Assembly: GCA_028534125.1 (NCBI GenBank)
Contig: CM052832.1
Coordinates: forward strand, 15,316,001 to 15,380,000
Length of the DNA stretch: 64,000 nt
From: Lama glama
Taxonomy: Eukaryota
Direction of reading: 5' to 3'
This document shows positions 27,848-42,464 of this stretch, piece after piece. Position 1 is the first letter of the stretch, and each line of letters begins with the position of its first letter. Below the pieces are notes generated by a model that saw only the letters and a list, made by a program, of their open reading frames with translations, did no database searches and had not been told where the DNA came from. Position numbers and translations under genes: made by a program.

Positions 27848-28764
27848 TGAGTCCTGGGGCGGACCCCGCTGGGGAGGAGGCCTGGAGCCTTGAGTCAGTC
27901 CTGTGGGGAGGGGTCCAGCTCAGCCCCAGATCACAGGAGTTAGGGCACCATCCACACCTCCTGCTGCTCCTCAGCCATCAACTCACTATGGCAGAACATA
28001 GAGGCCCGAGGTACAGAAGCATGGTCCCACTCCTCTGTAGAGTTGGTAGACTGTTAGTGTTGATACTGATTGGGGTGCTTTGGGCAGCAAGTCCTAGACC
28101 CCTTGCCTCCCTGAGTGGCTCTGCACGAGTGGGAGTCCAGGCGCGGGCCAGCTGGGTCTCTGGTTCCATTTCTCTCTGACTCTCGCGGCCCTGCCCTCGG
28201 CGGGTGTTGTCAGCTGGCTGGAGTTCCTCGTGCTCACAAGATGGTGGCCAGCAGCTGGCTGCCTGTCATGCTAGCAGGGGAGAGACGGGTTTCCTTTCTC
28301 TCACAAGCGAGAGAAAACATCCCCAGAAGCCACCAGTGACACACTCTTTGAGGCTCTGCTGGCCAGAATTGGTTACTCATCTATTTTTGAATCAGTCACT
28401 GGCAAGGAGAAGGAGATTGTTTTTCAATCATTCTTTAACCACACCCATAGTCAGAAACACATCTTACTCAGCTGAGATACAATGTCCAGTCCCCACACAC
28501 AAGTGCACACATGTGTCGTGGGAAACGGTTTCACAGCAGTGAATAGGGTTGGCTTCCAGGGGCACGGCCTGTGAGAGGCTGTTGTCATGCACGACTCCAG
28601 GACCACCTTCCACTTGGGCTGCAGATGCTGGATGGGTCCCTGACAAAACCAGGATCAGGTAGAGTTGGGGAGCAGGATCTCAGGGGTCAGCCAGCAGAGC
28701 CTACCACAATGTCGGCTCAGCCTTGGCTGTGGTCTCCAGCCAGATGCCATATTTTGCTCCAATG

Positions 28765-28960
28765 ACACTAAGTACTCTTCCTTGCTGAACGCTCACTGTG
28801 ACTGGGCACCGCTCTGAGCCCTTCACAGGTGCAGGCTCACTCCCTCCAACCTCAGCAGGGCCCTGGGCAGCAGAACAGTGATTACCCCATTTTACAGATG
28901 AGGAAACTGAGGCACAGGGCAGTTAAGAAACTTGCTCAGAGACCCACAGCTGGTGCCACT
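28765..28960 (-). mobile_element. MIR SINE
   Basis: CCCCATTTTACAGATGAGGAAACTGAGGCACAGGGCAGTTAAGAAACTTGCTCAGAG. Confidence 0.85.
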
Positions 28961-29337
28961 GTGTTCCCAGTGCCAGGCTCTGTGTCAAAGTCACTCCTTT
29001 CTGTCAACCCAGGAGGAACTGGAAGAGTAGAGCATTTACGGGCCCCTTTTTAATGTAAAGTTGCTTAATAACTTTTGTGTCTAACCCACCCTCTGAGACA
29101 GTGGCAGGCATGGAGCTTAGAGCAGACTGACCATGGTGTGGAGCTTGTGCCAGCTGTGGCACCCAGAAGGGCACACAGCCCTCCAGCTCTCAGGGAGGCT
29201 ACGTGGTAGATTCAGACTCCCGCCTCATTTCTGGCCCTGCCCAGAGTCGTCATCACGTGACCATGGGTCACAACCTGTCTGAGCTGTAAAGCAGAGATAA
29301 TACCACTGCCTTGCAGAGGGCTGCGGTGAAGAGAGGC

Positions 29338-29560
29338 TTTCATTCATTCATTTTCTCAACAAATGTTTATTGAGCGCCTACTGCATGCCACACTTCACTG
29401 GGTCATGGGGGAGACGGTAGGGAGAAGCAGAAGCAAAAACCCCTGCCCTGCTGGAGCACCGGTTCTATGGAAGAAGACAGAACACAAGATGCATAAAGAA
29501 AATGCGTGCTATTAGATGGTGGCAAGTCCTAAGGAAAGGGGAGCAGGGTGTCAAAGGAGG
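29338..29560 (-). mobile_element. L2 3'-end fragment
   Basis: TTCATTCATT...CAACAAATGTTTATTGAGCGCCTACTGCATGCCA is the reverse L2 terminus. Confidence 0.8.
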
Positions 29561-30883
29561 TTGCCTCGCCCCTCCCCGAGTCAGCACGTCGCACTTGAAC
29601 GCTCATCATAGGACCACACACAGAGGCACTTAAACTCGAGCAGGAAGTGGTGTTGCAGCTTGTCACTGGCCTGAGCCACACGCCTCAGCTCCTGTGCATC
29701 AGTGGAGACCGCAGGCAGGCAGCTGCCCCGCAGGGTCTGGGTTCCTGTTGGTCAACCCCGGGAGGCTCCTGCCTGGTCACCTTTCAGCCTCTTGATTCAT
29801 CTCCCAAGCCACCCGGTCAGTGCAGCCCAGCTCCTGACTTGTAAAGACATTAGCTCCTGTCAGCCCTGTGTGGGTACACTCTGCCCTGTGGATGAGGGCC
29901 TGCTTGTCGTGGGAGATGGAGGGAGATCTGGAGAGCTTGCTCGGGGAGGCAGGCAGGGGTCTGATGAGAGCAGCTGGTTCGGGCAGGCTTGCTCATTACC
30001 TGGTAATGGGCAGCCTGGGAAGAGGGGCTGGGGGTGAGGCAACCAGTCCACAAACTGCTGGCTGCCTACCCCTCTGGGACCCAGTATGAGGGGCTCAGTC
30101 CCCAAGTGGGGACTGCTAAACAGCCGTGGGGTTTGGTTGGTGACACGACCTGACCCCCCAGGAAGAAAGCCCTGAGACCCCCACTCTGCCTCCTGACTCA
30201 CTGGCCACCTCAGGAGCATCCCTCCCTTTGTGCTCCCCCGGGTGAATCTCCTGCTCCCACAGGCACGCACGCACTCTCTGCATATGGGGTCATGGGGCGG
30301 TGGTCTGCAGTGCAGATGAGAGGCAGGGGCTCACCAAAGCGGAGATATCAAGGCAGCCTTCCCTGACTGCCCTAGAATGTACCTGTCTAGTCTGTAGGGA
30401 GAAGAGGAAATAAGGGGCTATCCAAAGGGATGCAGGACTCTGCTGGGACTCTGTCCACGGCAAAGGAACCCTGCCTGGTGACTCTGATTCCGAGAGCAAC
30501 TCCAGCATCTTGGCCTCCCTGGCTGGATGTTTAGTTCATCTCCATTCCTTGAATTGCTGTGGAGTCTGAACTCAGCAGCCCAGTGGCCACTCTCTAATTA
30601 GCCCACATGAGGCATTAAGATGCAGCCAGCACTGATGGTGGGGCTACCTGGCCATGGCTGCTGCAGTAACAGGTCCCAGCAAGAGTCAGCAAAGCACAGC
30701 CCCTCCCCACTTGGACACCTGGGGTGCTCTGGCCCCTTCGGCTCCCTTTAATTGAATGCTTTTGGAGCAGAGAAGGTTGAGGAATCATTTCTCTGGGGTC
30801 CAAGGAATTTCTCTCCTCTGCAGGAGTCCTGTTAGTACCTGACCGCTTTTCCTCCCACCGATAAATTCTGCGTGGGACCTTAG

Positions 30884-31150
<267 letters not shown>

Positions 31151-32373
31151 ACCCTGGGCAGGGGCCGGTTCCCAGTCAGCCTGTCCCAGGCCAGTCTCTT
31201 CCAGAGACGTGAGAAGGCTACCATCCTGCCGGTGCTGAATTCACACTTGCCTTGACTTTCACCCTCCTCTCGACCCTGGTTCCAAAGGTCTCTCTGTCTG
31301 ACTTTTCAGAGATGAGCTCAGTATGAAAGTATGGGCTTCCTTAAGGGGCAGAGGGGAGAAGCCAGAGGTCAGGTGGGCAGCTGTCCTCTGCACAGGTCTG
31401 ATCCTCTCTGCCCCATTTTGCTGGCAGAAAGGGGAGATGGGTTTGTTTTCCATGAAAAGAAAAGGTAAAAGTACAGTGGCCGTGAGACCCTGCAGAGCAA
31501 GCGTGTGGTTGGGTGGACAGCAGCTTGTCCACTGCGAGTGAGCGCCCGGCAGCAAGGTGGGCACCATGCCTGTGGGAGGTGGGTTGGGATGGTGGGCTGG
31601 GGCAGCAGGGGTTGGGAAGCAGCTTGGTCATGTGCCTTCGGGGGATGTTACTTGGGAGCTGAAGGATGAGGGGAGAAAGCCAGCCCTCTAGCTGAATCGG
31701 GCCTCTTATCCAAGAGGGGAAAGGGGCTAGAAATTAGAGCAAGCACTGTAGGACAACTATCTAGAAACGCTGGCTCTGGCGTGGGGGGCCTCAGGTCAGG
31801 TGGAGTGAGCAACTGGTGTGGCCTCCTGGGAGGAACCTTGAGTTGACCCAGGGCCAAGAGCAGAGAGGAGGATCAAGGCTGCCGCCAGTCACCAACCTGG
31901 CAGTGCCACGGAGGCAGCCTCCCTGGTGGGCCTCTTCACTAGACCGGTGCGGCCACAACACTGCACCCGATCGAGATTCTAGGACCTGGGGAGCCTCGCG
32001 CTTCCTGTGGGCGAAGATCATCTGGTTGACAGCGACCGTGGCCTCCCATCCTGGGGCAGTTTAAGGAGAACTTCAGCGTGGTGCACATTAGTGCTGTTCC
32101 TGGGCACAGAAGCCACCGCTGCCCCCTGCTGGCCACCGGCCGAGCTTCCTCATGGCCCCGTGCAGCCCATCCGCCGCTAGGCGGGAGCAGGCTCCAGAAA
32201 CACCCCGCGGGGGGCCTTATTAGTTAAGTGCGGGGAGCCTCTCCAGCAGACTACATCCTCATATGTTCTCAGACGCGGCAGGCGGGAAAGGGGGCCCGCA
32301 GAGGAGATGGAACAGCTGCCTCCAAAAGGCATTAACCCCCCTTTCTGGAATTATTGGTATTTTTTGTTTCCTT

Positions 32374-32570
32374 AATAAAGCTCCAGTCTCCCTCATTTGA
32401 GCAATACACTCTCATTTCCTCTGATGTCTGGGTGAACAGCGGGGCTGGAATCCGAGTGCTGGCCCGGTGGCAAAACAGAAGTCTTCTAATCAGGCTCCAG
32501 CCAGAAGAATAAGAAACTGCAGCAGGCTTCAATATCAGGGTTGAAACTGTTGGATAAATAAACTATTAAA
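32374..32570 (+). terminator. LEMD2: LEMD2 tandem polyadenylation signals
   Basis: AATAAA at 32374-32379 and 32557-32562, ATTAAA at 32565-32570, ~1.2-1.4 kb after the stop. Confidence 0.7.
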
Positions 32571-35500
32571 AATGGATGGTTCTCATCCGTGGTTCTTTCC
32601 CTTTCCCCCAGAGCAATGTGTAAGGAAAGGCAACGTGTGGAGTTACTAAGCACTGGCCCTGGAGAGGTCAGCTGGGAGAGGAGGCAGGAGCAGCCAAGCG
32701 GGGGCTTTGGGCCTCAGCCGCTCTGTGACTGGGTCCTAGGGCAAACCACACACTCAGAGCCTCAGTTTCTATGTTTATAACACAGTGTGACCATCCTACC
32801 CTTTAGGGTGAACTCACAAGGTGCCTGCTTGGTCCCTGTGGGTGGCAAGGGGTGGGAGCCAATAGACCCTCTTTCCTCCAGCCCCATTTCTGCCTCCCCT
32901 TCAGGCCCCGGAGGCCCCTGGATGTGCTCTGTGCCAACCCTGGGATGAAGAGGAAGGAAGAGCCAGGTGAGTTTGGACAGGGCTTCTCGAGAGGTGATGC
33001 TGTGTCCTAAGGAGACAGGAAGTTGAAGTTGGCAGCAGACTTGTCTCCTCTGGGCCCCGTCACAGGGGAGAACAGAAGTGTAGCCCGGGGGACACATGGG
33101 GGTCCCCCAACTGCAATGGAGGCAGGGGTTTGCTGGGGATGCTTAGGGTGTCCTACGGCTTCCCACCAGCACCGCCTCTACCCCCAGGGCAAGCTGCAGG
33201 TGTGGGGGATTGGCACTATATCCTTTGAGATGCCTTCATTTCTCAGCCTGGAATAAAGGCAGCCTCTGAGCTGTGGTCACTCCACACACACACACACACA
33301 CCCTACCGCTGTCCCTGTCCACACGGGTCCCAGCTGTGGGGCAGCTCCTGTGGTAGCCCGTCAGCCCCATCCTGCTCTTCTCCATTAGCTGGAAATTCGG
33401 TAGGTAAACTGGTAGTCAAGGACCCAGAAACAACCCAGAAAAAATGAGCCCATCTTTCCCTTGTCTGGTTTTCAGCAAAAGATTCTCCTGCTGACTTATT
33501 TGGTCTTAAGCTTAAGAGGGAGCTAAAGCGGGGCACTGTTTCTGTGGAGCTGTTTGGAGAGCAGGAGTGAGATCAAAATAAGAGAAATAACAAAAGGCTC
33601 CTGCCAGCCCCGCCCCTTTCTTTGTGGTACCCGGAGCACTTGGCACAAAGGCCCCCATCCTCAGTGCTGCAGGCATCTCAGCTCCAGGTCTGACGCCTTT
33701 CTCAGCTTTGAAGGGCCAACTCCCCCACCCCTTGAAAACACCTCTTATTTCACAAGAAACGGCACAGGGCGGTGGGATTTGCCCGAGGAGGAGGAGGAGG
33801 GCTGAGGGCTGAAGGCCTCTCTGGGTGGGGGCCAGTGTTGAGAAGTTTCCGCTGCTTGGCCCAATCTCTTCCACGGCTCCTGGGGCCACAGCCTGTCTTT
33901 CCTCAGTGACAAACGGCCCTCTCGGGCTTGGTGGGCTGAGGGAGGGAGAGGTGTACCCCACAAATCTTGGCCGTGGACGTCCACCCAGGAGCTCCAGGCC
34001 ACCTTCCAGAGCCTGCTCAGGAAAAAGGTAAACATGGCCATTTGTCACTGACTTATCATAAGAACTGCAGTAGCAGCTGTTCCCCCTTAATTAATACACC
34101 GTTGACTTTGAGCCTCAAAAAAAAAATCCTTTTGTTGAGGCAGGTGTGTGGATTTGAATCCATTATCCTGTCAGCCTCCTCCAAAGAGAAGGATCGGGGG
34201 AGCGGTTACCCAGTAGATAAACCCAGTTCTTCCCAAACAGCCCTCCTTGGGCAACCAGGCCAGCTTCTGCAACCCCATTTCCAGAGAAAGCTCTGGAGAG
34301 AAGAAGAGAATCTGGACAGAGGGTCCCAGGATGTGCCAGGGAAAAGAGAGGCAGAGGGGTGAGTGGGGGGCACCGTGTTTCCTGGAGGTGATGCTGCACC
34401 CGAGGGGCAGGGTGGAGGGGGGACCCGGCATCCTCAGGATCAGCTCTGCCCTTGATTGGCAGGGACCTTGGGCTAATCAGCTTATCCCTGTAGCAGGGGA
34501 AGCTATTAAGAAAGACATCATAAAACTAGTGAACACATGGTAGTTTTGTGAGGACCCGCCAAATGCTCACAATCAGCGCATTCAGCAGGTTCCGTTGTTA
34601 CCCCGTCATAGAGGAGAGAAACCAACGGCTGGCAAGGTCAGGAGAACAATGGAGCCGGGGTTTGAACCCAGATAGCCCGGCTCTCTTAAGGAAAGTAAGA
34701 GGAAGCCACGCTCAGGTTTGTTGTGCTGCTGGGGGTTTGCCGGAATCAAATAAACCACCTGGTTCCAGAGGAAGAGCCTGGACCTCACAGAGGCTCTGGG
34801 AGGCTCCTCTGACCTGCCCCACTGCTCTCCCCCAACCCAGGCCACAAGCTTGCTGCTCTTGCCTCCACTGGGACCCTTCTGCCTTCAAGCCTCTGCACTT
34901 GCTGTTCCACCCACTTTGCTGTTCCCCTCCCCCATCCCAACGTGGCTCACTCCCTCCTCCCCTTCAGACTGCCAGCCCTGTAGGGAGTTGTAGCTGCAGC
35001 CCGACCCTGCACATCCTCTAGGGCCCAGCCCTCCTTTATTTCTCTCCTAACACCAGACACGCTACATATTTTACTTACTACCCTCAGGTTACCAGCCTGT
35101 TTATTACCTGGCTCCCTGAAGGGTCCATCTCCCCTCCCCTGGGAAACACTGGGCACAGAGGGACTCATGCTGGACTATCAGAGCCAGGGTGGGGCTCTCA
35201 GGCAGAGAAGCAGAGAGGGAACCAGCTTCCCTGGACTGGAGGGGTTTCTGTTTGTTGGATTTCCTCCTGTGTTCTGATTTCCTCAGAGCCCTGAGGACCT
35301 GCCAGCCCACAGCATCCTAGGACAGAAGGAACCCTGATAAAGATGGCCCAGGGGTCAGGCACCCTCGCTTCTGCCAGGCACCAAAGCAGACAAGCCCCCC
35401 AGGATTTGTGTAGGACACCAATCAGAGATGCCCTTTGTCCAGAATATGACTTCTCTGCAGCCCTGGTGAGTGGGGGCTTGGAGCAAATTTCACGTGTTTT

Positions 35501-36189
35501 CTACAGAAGGTGATGAGATGTTTCTGCCAAGAGTATGGGCCAGTCCCTGCCCGAGGCCCCTGTGATGTCACAGACTATCCTCAACATCACAGGGGTGAGG
35601 TGAGACTCCAGGCAAACTGAGAAAGTGCTGCCCAGCACAAGGCCAGGATGGGGCTGTCTGGGCCAGGTGGATGGGCAAGAACAGTCCAGAGCAGGGTCTT
35701 GGAAACAGGGAAGAGCTGAGCAGGCTCTGAGGAGAAGGGGTAGGAGAGGTACCACTAGTGATTACAGCCCAATTTCTAAGCTGCTTCTGTTTAGTAAGGA
35801 AACAGGGGAAAGTACAGTAATTTTCTTCAATGAAAACAGGCGACAGAATTCCCTTTGCCTCGTTCCCCTTGCAATTAAGCCCTTCTCTGCAAATGAAATG
35901 ATTTGGTTTTCATGGGGACTAATTTAAGCACACTGGAAGGGCCGCTGAACTTCTTGATTGCAAACACCAGCATGTGCAAAACAGAATCCCAAGCAGCAAT
36001 GCCAGGCTGGTGAGGCAGCCCTGTGTGGAGTTGGGGCTTCGACATGGTTAGGTGGGGTGAGCCCTGGGTTGGGAGTTTAGCTCTGACCCTTTCCCCTCTC
36101 CAGCCTCCATTCCTGCATCCCAAATAAGGAGGTTGGACTAGACCCCAGAGGCAAATTCAGAAGCCTCTGACTCACAGGGGACGGCCATG

Positions 36190-36929
36190 TGCTAGCGATG
36201 CCACACAGTCTCCATCACTCCCTCCATCTAAATGGAAGAACATTCCACTCTGGGCTCAGAGCACCAGCATCCAAGTGGTGTTTCTTCTCCCTTGAATCTG
36301 GGCTGGCTCTGGGTCTGCTCTGACCAATCGAATGTGGCCACAGAGACACAGGCCAGTTTTGGTCAGAAGCATTGGAGACTCGGTCACTTCCGCTTTCATT
36401 CTCTTGGGCTTGGAGCCACCATGTAAAGAGGCTCAGCTGCCCTGCTGGAGAGACCTTGTGAGGAGACAGATCCCCACCAGCCCCAGCTGTTCCAGCACTC
36501 CAGCTGGCACACCAGCCGTGTGAATGAGGCCAATCATACCAGGCTCGGGTAAGCAGAGAGAAGCATCCCCCATTTAGCCGTGTCCAAATGGCAAAATCGG
36601 GAGAACATGCATGATGTTGTCTTAAGCTACCAAGTCTGTGTTATTGTAAGTTCATTTGAAATAGTTTAGGACACAAAAAGATGCAAAAATAGTACAGAGA
36701 TTTCTCACGTAGCCTTCACCCAGCTCCTCCGATTACCCCCATATAACCGTGGTACATTGTCAAAACCAGGAAACTGACCTTGATACAATGCTATTCACTC
36801 AGGCACAGACCTTATTTAGGTCTTAACAGTTTTACATTCACTTTGTGTGTGTATGTGGTTCTATGAAATTTTATCACACAAAACCACTAAGTTTGGGTGA
36901 TCTGTTACTCATGATAGGTAACAGATACA
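36190..36929 (+). mobile_element. MLT1 (ERVL-MaLR) solo LTR interrupted by an old L1M fragment (~36645-36880)
   Basis: CCCTTGAATCTGGGCTGGC...TGACCAATCGAATGTGG and terminal ACTAAGTTTGGGTGATCTGTTAC...TAACAGATACA; the inner block AAAGATGCAAAAATAGTACAGAG...CCTTCACCCAG is L1M 3'-like. Confidence 0.7.
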
Positions 36930-37539
36930 GGTGTGGACACGAACCGCAGGAGTATGTTACTCAGCATTCTTCAGCGACAGAAACACAACACTCAGACAAA
37001 CTTCAGCACAAGGTACACACATTGGCTCACATAAGCCAATCCCTGGAGAGGCAGCGGGGGAGTGGGGGGAGGCGGGCCTCCGAGCAGCTCCATCCAGGTG
37101 CAGGGCCCAGGTGCAGCCACATGCCCTCAGAGGGCTCCCCACCTGGCTGCCACCACTGTGAGGACATTCAAGGAAAGGAGAGATGGAAAGGGCTCAGCAG
37201 GTTTAACAAGAGTCAGGGGCCCACCTCCCAGCCAATCACTGGGTATGGAGCCCGAGGCTGCTCCTAACTGAACCTGGGTCAGCGTGCATCTCCTGAAGGT
37301 AGGAGGTAGGAGGAGGGCCTCTCAAAGCAATGGGTGGAGCATTGAGACCAGAAGAGGAGAGAAAAGAAGGGCCCTGCAGAGCCAGATTGTGAGCCAAATC
37401 CTGGGCACGCAGACCACAGGGAGGGAAGTGTAACAGCAGTCCACTCTGGACTCAGAAAACCAGCATCCAAGTGTTATGGTGGGACCGGGTGGCTCTGAGG
37501 GACAAGAACATCTGGTATGCAGAGGAATCATTGAGGCCA

Positions 37540-37873
37540 TTTGCCAAAATTACTGCCACAAGGAAAGATCACACTTGCTGATTCTCTTTGAAATTGTGCA
37601 TGACCATGTGATTTTCTGTAGCCAATGAAACGTGAATGGAAGGGAAAATGGCCCTGGGAGGCAGCGGCATTGAGAACGCACGCGGATCTGCCTCTTTGCC
37701 TCTGCCACAGTGTGATGCCACAGCCTGCATCCTGCCTGCATCCTGGAGCGATGATGGCTTGGACCAGAATCCCCAGCAGACCCATAGTGTAGTAGCGTAA
37801 GAGCTCACCATGTATTGGTGTAAGCCACCAGGAATCTGGGGTTGATTTGTTACTAGCATCGGCTGATGGATAC
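37540..37873 (+). mobile_element. MLT1 solo LTR
   Basis: GACCATGTGATTTTCTGTAGCCAATGAAACGTGA...GTAAGCCACCAGGAATCTGGGGTTGATTTGTTACTAGCATC...ATACA terminus. Confidence 0.7.
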
Positions 37874-40800
37874 AGGTAAGTAACTTTTGCCACTTGCCCA
37901 GAGGAAAGAACGAACGGCTTGCACTGCAGTTGGGGAAGACGAGGAACAATAGGATAGCCTGACCACACCGGGCTTCACAGTCCCCTACACTCCAACATTC
38001 AGTGCCTGGAAGCTGGAGATGGACTTGAAGTTTCTGGAAGCTCTATCTAGGCCCTGGGATTTTTGTGGATTGTTGTTCCACTAAAGCAGTGTCTGGCAGG
38101 CTCTGTAGTGAGGATCTTTCTGAGCTAGCTACCCCTGCTATGCAATTACTGCAAAGACGAGGTCTGGGCCTCCTGAAGAGAAGGATCGGAGAGATGGCAC
38201 ACAGCAGGTGCGTAGAAGGAGTCCTCGCCCCATGCAGTTGGGCTGGCTCCATGCCAGCAACCACAGCACAACCAAGAGAAGGATAGGCCATGCTTCAGGC
38301 ACTGCAGCCTGCATGTTTAGCAGTGGAGGGAGGTCCACAAAGCCGTCCAGGAGAGCCGAGGCCCAGACTGGCTAGCCAGCCTTGCCCCGAGCTTGGAAGA
38401 GGCCGGCAGGGTGCAGCCAGGTCTGAGCCCGTTTAAACAGCAGTCGGTGGAGGCGAGGATGTGAGGACGTCCCCAGAGTGTCTCATGCCCCACAGGGACA
38501 TGAGCACAGCGTAGTGGCTGCTGAGTGCCTGGCCCCCTGTGGGGCGCAGTTGCCCAGGGTCCCCACCAGGATCTTCTAGGTAGCTGGACAGGGCTGGCAA
38601 ACCCCAGAGGGTAGTGTGTGTGCGTGTGCGCATGCCTGTGCTCCAGCCACCCGATGCGGGGAGAGGGCTTCCTCTGAGACAAACATGCTCTGTGTATTTT
38701 ATCAAATTTGCAGATGCCACACAGCTGGGGGGGACAACGGCAAAGACGCCAGATGACAGAGCTGGGATCTCAAGAGAAGCTGACAGGCCGGAGTGATGGG
38801 GTGGATCTAACAAGATGAAACTTAACAGGGACAAGCGCGTTTGTTTCATTTTATTTATTTATTTGTGCCCTGCCTCCAAGTGCGGAGGAATGGAGGAGGA
38901 ACAGCGGCTCAGAGGAAGAGGAAAATGAAATGCCTGCACTCAGCCCTGACTGCACAGACCTGGGGGTGCGGAGAGGGCCAGGGGCTGAGGTCCAGTATGG
39001 GCTTCGGGGTTTAGAGACGATGGTCAGTTCTATGGAAAGCAGTGGGGAGGTTGGGCTGTGGCTGCAGTAGAGGCGTAGCACCAGGTCTGAGGAGGTTAGC
39101 AGGGATTGGGAGTCAGAATACCCAAGTCTGAAGCCCAGTGTGGTCAGGCCGTCCTGTTTGGCACGTAAGACTGCCCTCCATGCTGTCCTCCTGGTAATCA
39201 GGCCCCCAAGCCTGTCTCTCCTTTCCTACCCCTCAGGCAGCCTCTTCCTTTAAGCATGTCCCAACAGGAGTCAGGCCTAGGTTTCTGAGACACCCCAAAG
39301 GGCAGTGCAGGGGGGTACGGTACACAGGTCGGTTCCTCCAAGAACTGTCTACCCCAAAGCTGACAGGGCCAGGCTCAGAGTTTTGGCCGCTAAGCTGAGG
39401 ACTGGGAGTGAGATGCCTCTCTCCTGTCCGGCAGGCACCTCCCAGTTTCTCTGAGGGGTCTCTTACTGGCCCCTTCTCTTGACTTTGGCTGGGAGAAAAT
39501 TCAGCAGGAAGATGGTCACTTAATCCAAACATCATAAGGGGAAGGGTTAGGCTAGTTCTGGCGACCCCTGAGGGGCAGGGCTGGGCCTTGTGAGCAGAAG
39601 CCACAAGGGGACAAACATGGGCTCTGCAGGAGAAGGAAGGACCTCACTATTTTGAGCTTTGGGCTTCCTTAATAAGCAGTGAAGCCCCCGTCGCTGGGAT
39701 GACACAGGCATCAACTTCACGGGTGTTGAAAGGATTAAATGACACATTGCCATGTGCCTGGTACATAGATAGGATCGATAATGAGGATGATGATGAAACT
39801 ATGTGACTGTGAATAAGCAGATGGAAGTAACTAGTATTCAGACTTCAGCTAATTACAAAGAACTCGTCCAAGAGGCAGAAGCCTCTCTGCCTGGAGCAGG
39901 CTGCTGCCTGAGGTGATGAAGCATTCAAGCCCTGTGGAGGGATGCCTGTGTGGGTGTGGAAGGATGGCCAGCAGGGGTCAGCCGTACAGCTACAGGGGCA
40001 GCAGTGACACCCGCGTCAGGCTGCCTTGCTTCTGGCCTAGGCTAAGGTTTGTCCTGCAGGGTCAGGCCAGGGTCCTGACACCCAGTGGGCCTGGCTGATG
40101 GGAATAGGAGGGCTCTGAGGCTTCTAAGGAGGAGCCCTGTGGCTGAACACCCAGTGGACCTGAGGGACTGGGGAGACCAGAACAGGGGTGCTGGCACCCC
40201 AAGAGTGAAGCTCTAGGTACAGAGTCCCAGAAGGGTCACTCAGGTGGCCAGAAGTGGGGTCTGCCAACCTGGCCATCTGTTCTGATCTCCACAGAGGTGA
40301 GTGGCAGGGTCCATCAAGCCAACCCTGGTGCTGAGCCCTTCCTCTGCTCCACTGGGTTCCCCCCAAGGCCAGGAGACTGGGTTTAGGGAGAGGCTGGGAC
40401 TCAGCCATGTCCCCAGGCCCCACTCCAGCTGGCACAGCCAGACAGAGAACCTCAGAGCCGGTGCTTCTCCCTCTGTCCTCCAGGCCTGAGGAGTGGGGCT
40501 ATGACTAGGCTGCTCTGAGAGAAAAGGGGAGCCATGGGCAGGGAGGGGGAGTCTCATAACATCCCAGCCACCTGCTTAGGTGCACAAAGCTCCTGGGGGG
40601 CTGCTGGGGGCTGAGAGTGGGGGAGGGTTTCATTCCTCCATTGGCCTGCTGAGGCCTCCCCCTCAGAGAAGGCAGCTGCCGCCCCAGACTGAGGTAGGGG
40701 AGCCATCCAGGTTCACAGCTATTAAACCAGGCTCAGAGGTGGCCGGGGTGCCCTCTGCCCAGGCCTGCCCCTCAGGAGGGGGTGCAGGTCACTCCTGGCC

Positions 40801-42464
40801 CCCAGAGTGCCCCCCACCTCTCTCTGGGGGTGGTGTGTGCCACGGCAGGGCAGGAGGGAAAGAGGCACACTGAAGGGAGAAGCAGGGGATCAGAGAGCCG
40901 ACACTCCCTGGCTAGGGGCCCATTTTTGGAGCCAGGGAAAGCCCCTGGCAACTGGTGAGGAGAGTGACCCAGCCAGCAGCATCCAGGAGGGAGCCTAGAT
41001 CTTCACAGTGGCTCCAGGGACACAGGGAAGCTTCTCTGACAAAACCAAACCAAAGCCAAAATAAATAAAACCTCTTCTAAGAGGAAGAGGCCTGAAATTC
41101 CACTATTAAAAATTTATTCCTTTAGCTTAGCACTTTGTCCTTTTTGAAAATGAAAACCCATCAGAGCCTTACTTAGAGCAGGTTTGTCAAAAGAAAGAAC
41201 TGAGAGAGAATGCATAGCACCCTGGAGAGGAAAAACATGAAGAGGCCCAGGGAGAGATGAGGGGGTCAGATTTCCTAGGATTTACTTCCCTGGCTACACA
41301 GCTTTGGCCAAGGGCCAACTTTAAAGACACCTGTGAAAAGGGAGGAAGGAAGCTGTCTCCCAGTGCTGATCCTGTGTTCAGGGAGTGAGGCTGGACAGAA
41401 CAGACTCACAGCCCTCCCACCAAAGACACCATTCACATATGTGCATGCCGGCATATCCATGGGATTGCGTGCACACCTGTGTACACGTGCATGTATGAGA
41501 AACGACACGTGCAGACGTGCCCCACACCACCCCACTCTCACCCTCCAGCTCCTGTGCTGTGCATAACATGGAATCCAAGAAATAGTGGACTGTGGGCCCC
41601 AGGTGACCCTCAAGGGAAGGCAAGAGGTGAGTGGTCTCCACTGTCCCTTCCCAATGCCTCTCCAGGGTGGCCCTGAGCTGCCGAGCCCTAAGAGTTGCTT
41701 TCTGATTTAGGGTCATTGCTTGCAGCCAGTGAATATTTTCGGAGAGTCTGCAGGCAGCTGCTGAAGTGCCCTAGTGACATCGGAGAGGCGGAGCGATTAA
41801 CACATTAGCAATGATGCGTTTCTCTCTTTAACATCTGCCTCAGACCTCCAGACCTCCTGCTGCCAGCCAGCATGGCCCTCTGCATCTGCAGCCCGCAGCC
41901 CGCACAACCTGGTCCACCTGCACTGATCTACTGTGGTTATTTCTCAGCAGGCTTCAGTCAGGCAAGGTGGGGCCTCTTCCTTTCTCTCCTTCTTTTTCTT
42001 GGTAGCAAAACACCCTCCTCTGCTTTTACATAAGTTTAATTTTTATAAAAGTAACACATGGTCATCATTTTCAAAATCAAATAGCATTTCATGGCTAATG
42101 AAGAAGGGACAGCTGCCCCTCCCCGCTCCCCACTTCACTGGCTGTTTCCTTCTGCTCGCTGTCTTGTTTCTACAGGACATGCATGTACTACAAACTCGTG
42201 GTTTTTCTATTTTAGGTTTTATCTATTGATTTCTTACTGTAGATTAGAACTTCACTTCTCATTAAGATTTAACTACTCTATCGCCCATTTCCCCTCCTTC
42301 TCCCGCCTCTATACTTACAATTTTTATGAAATCAGCATCCCATGTTTCCATTACTGTTATGACATGTAAATATTATTCTGAGTCGTAATGTCTCAGGATC
42401 ACATTTTCTCTCCTATAGAACTTTGTTTCTTGATTTTAATCAATTTGCTTTTGTGGGGGGTGTA

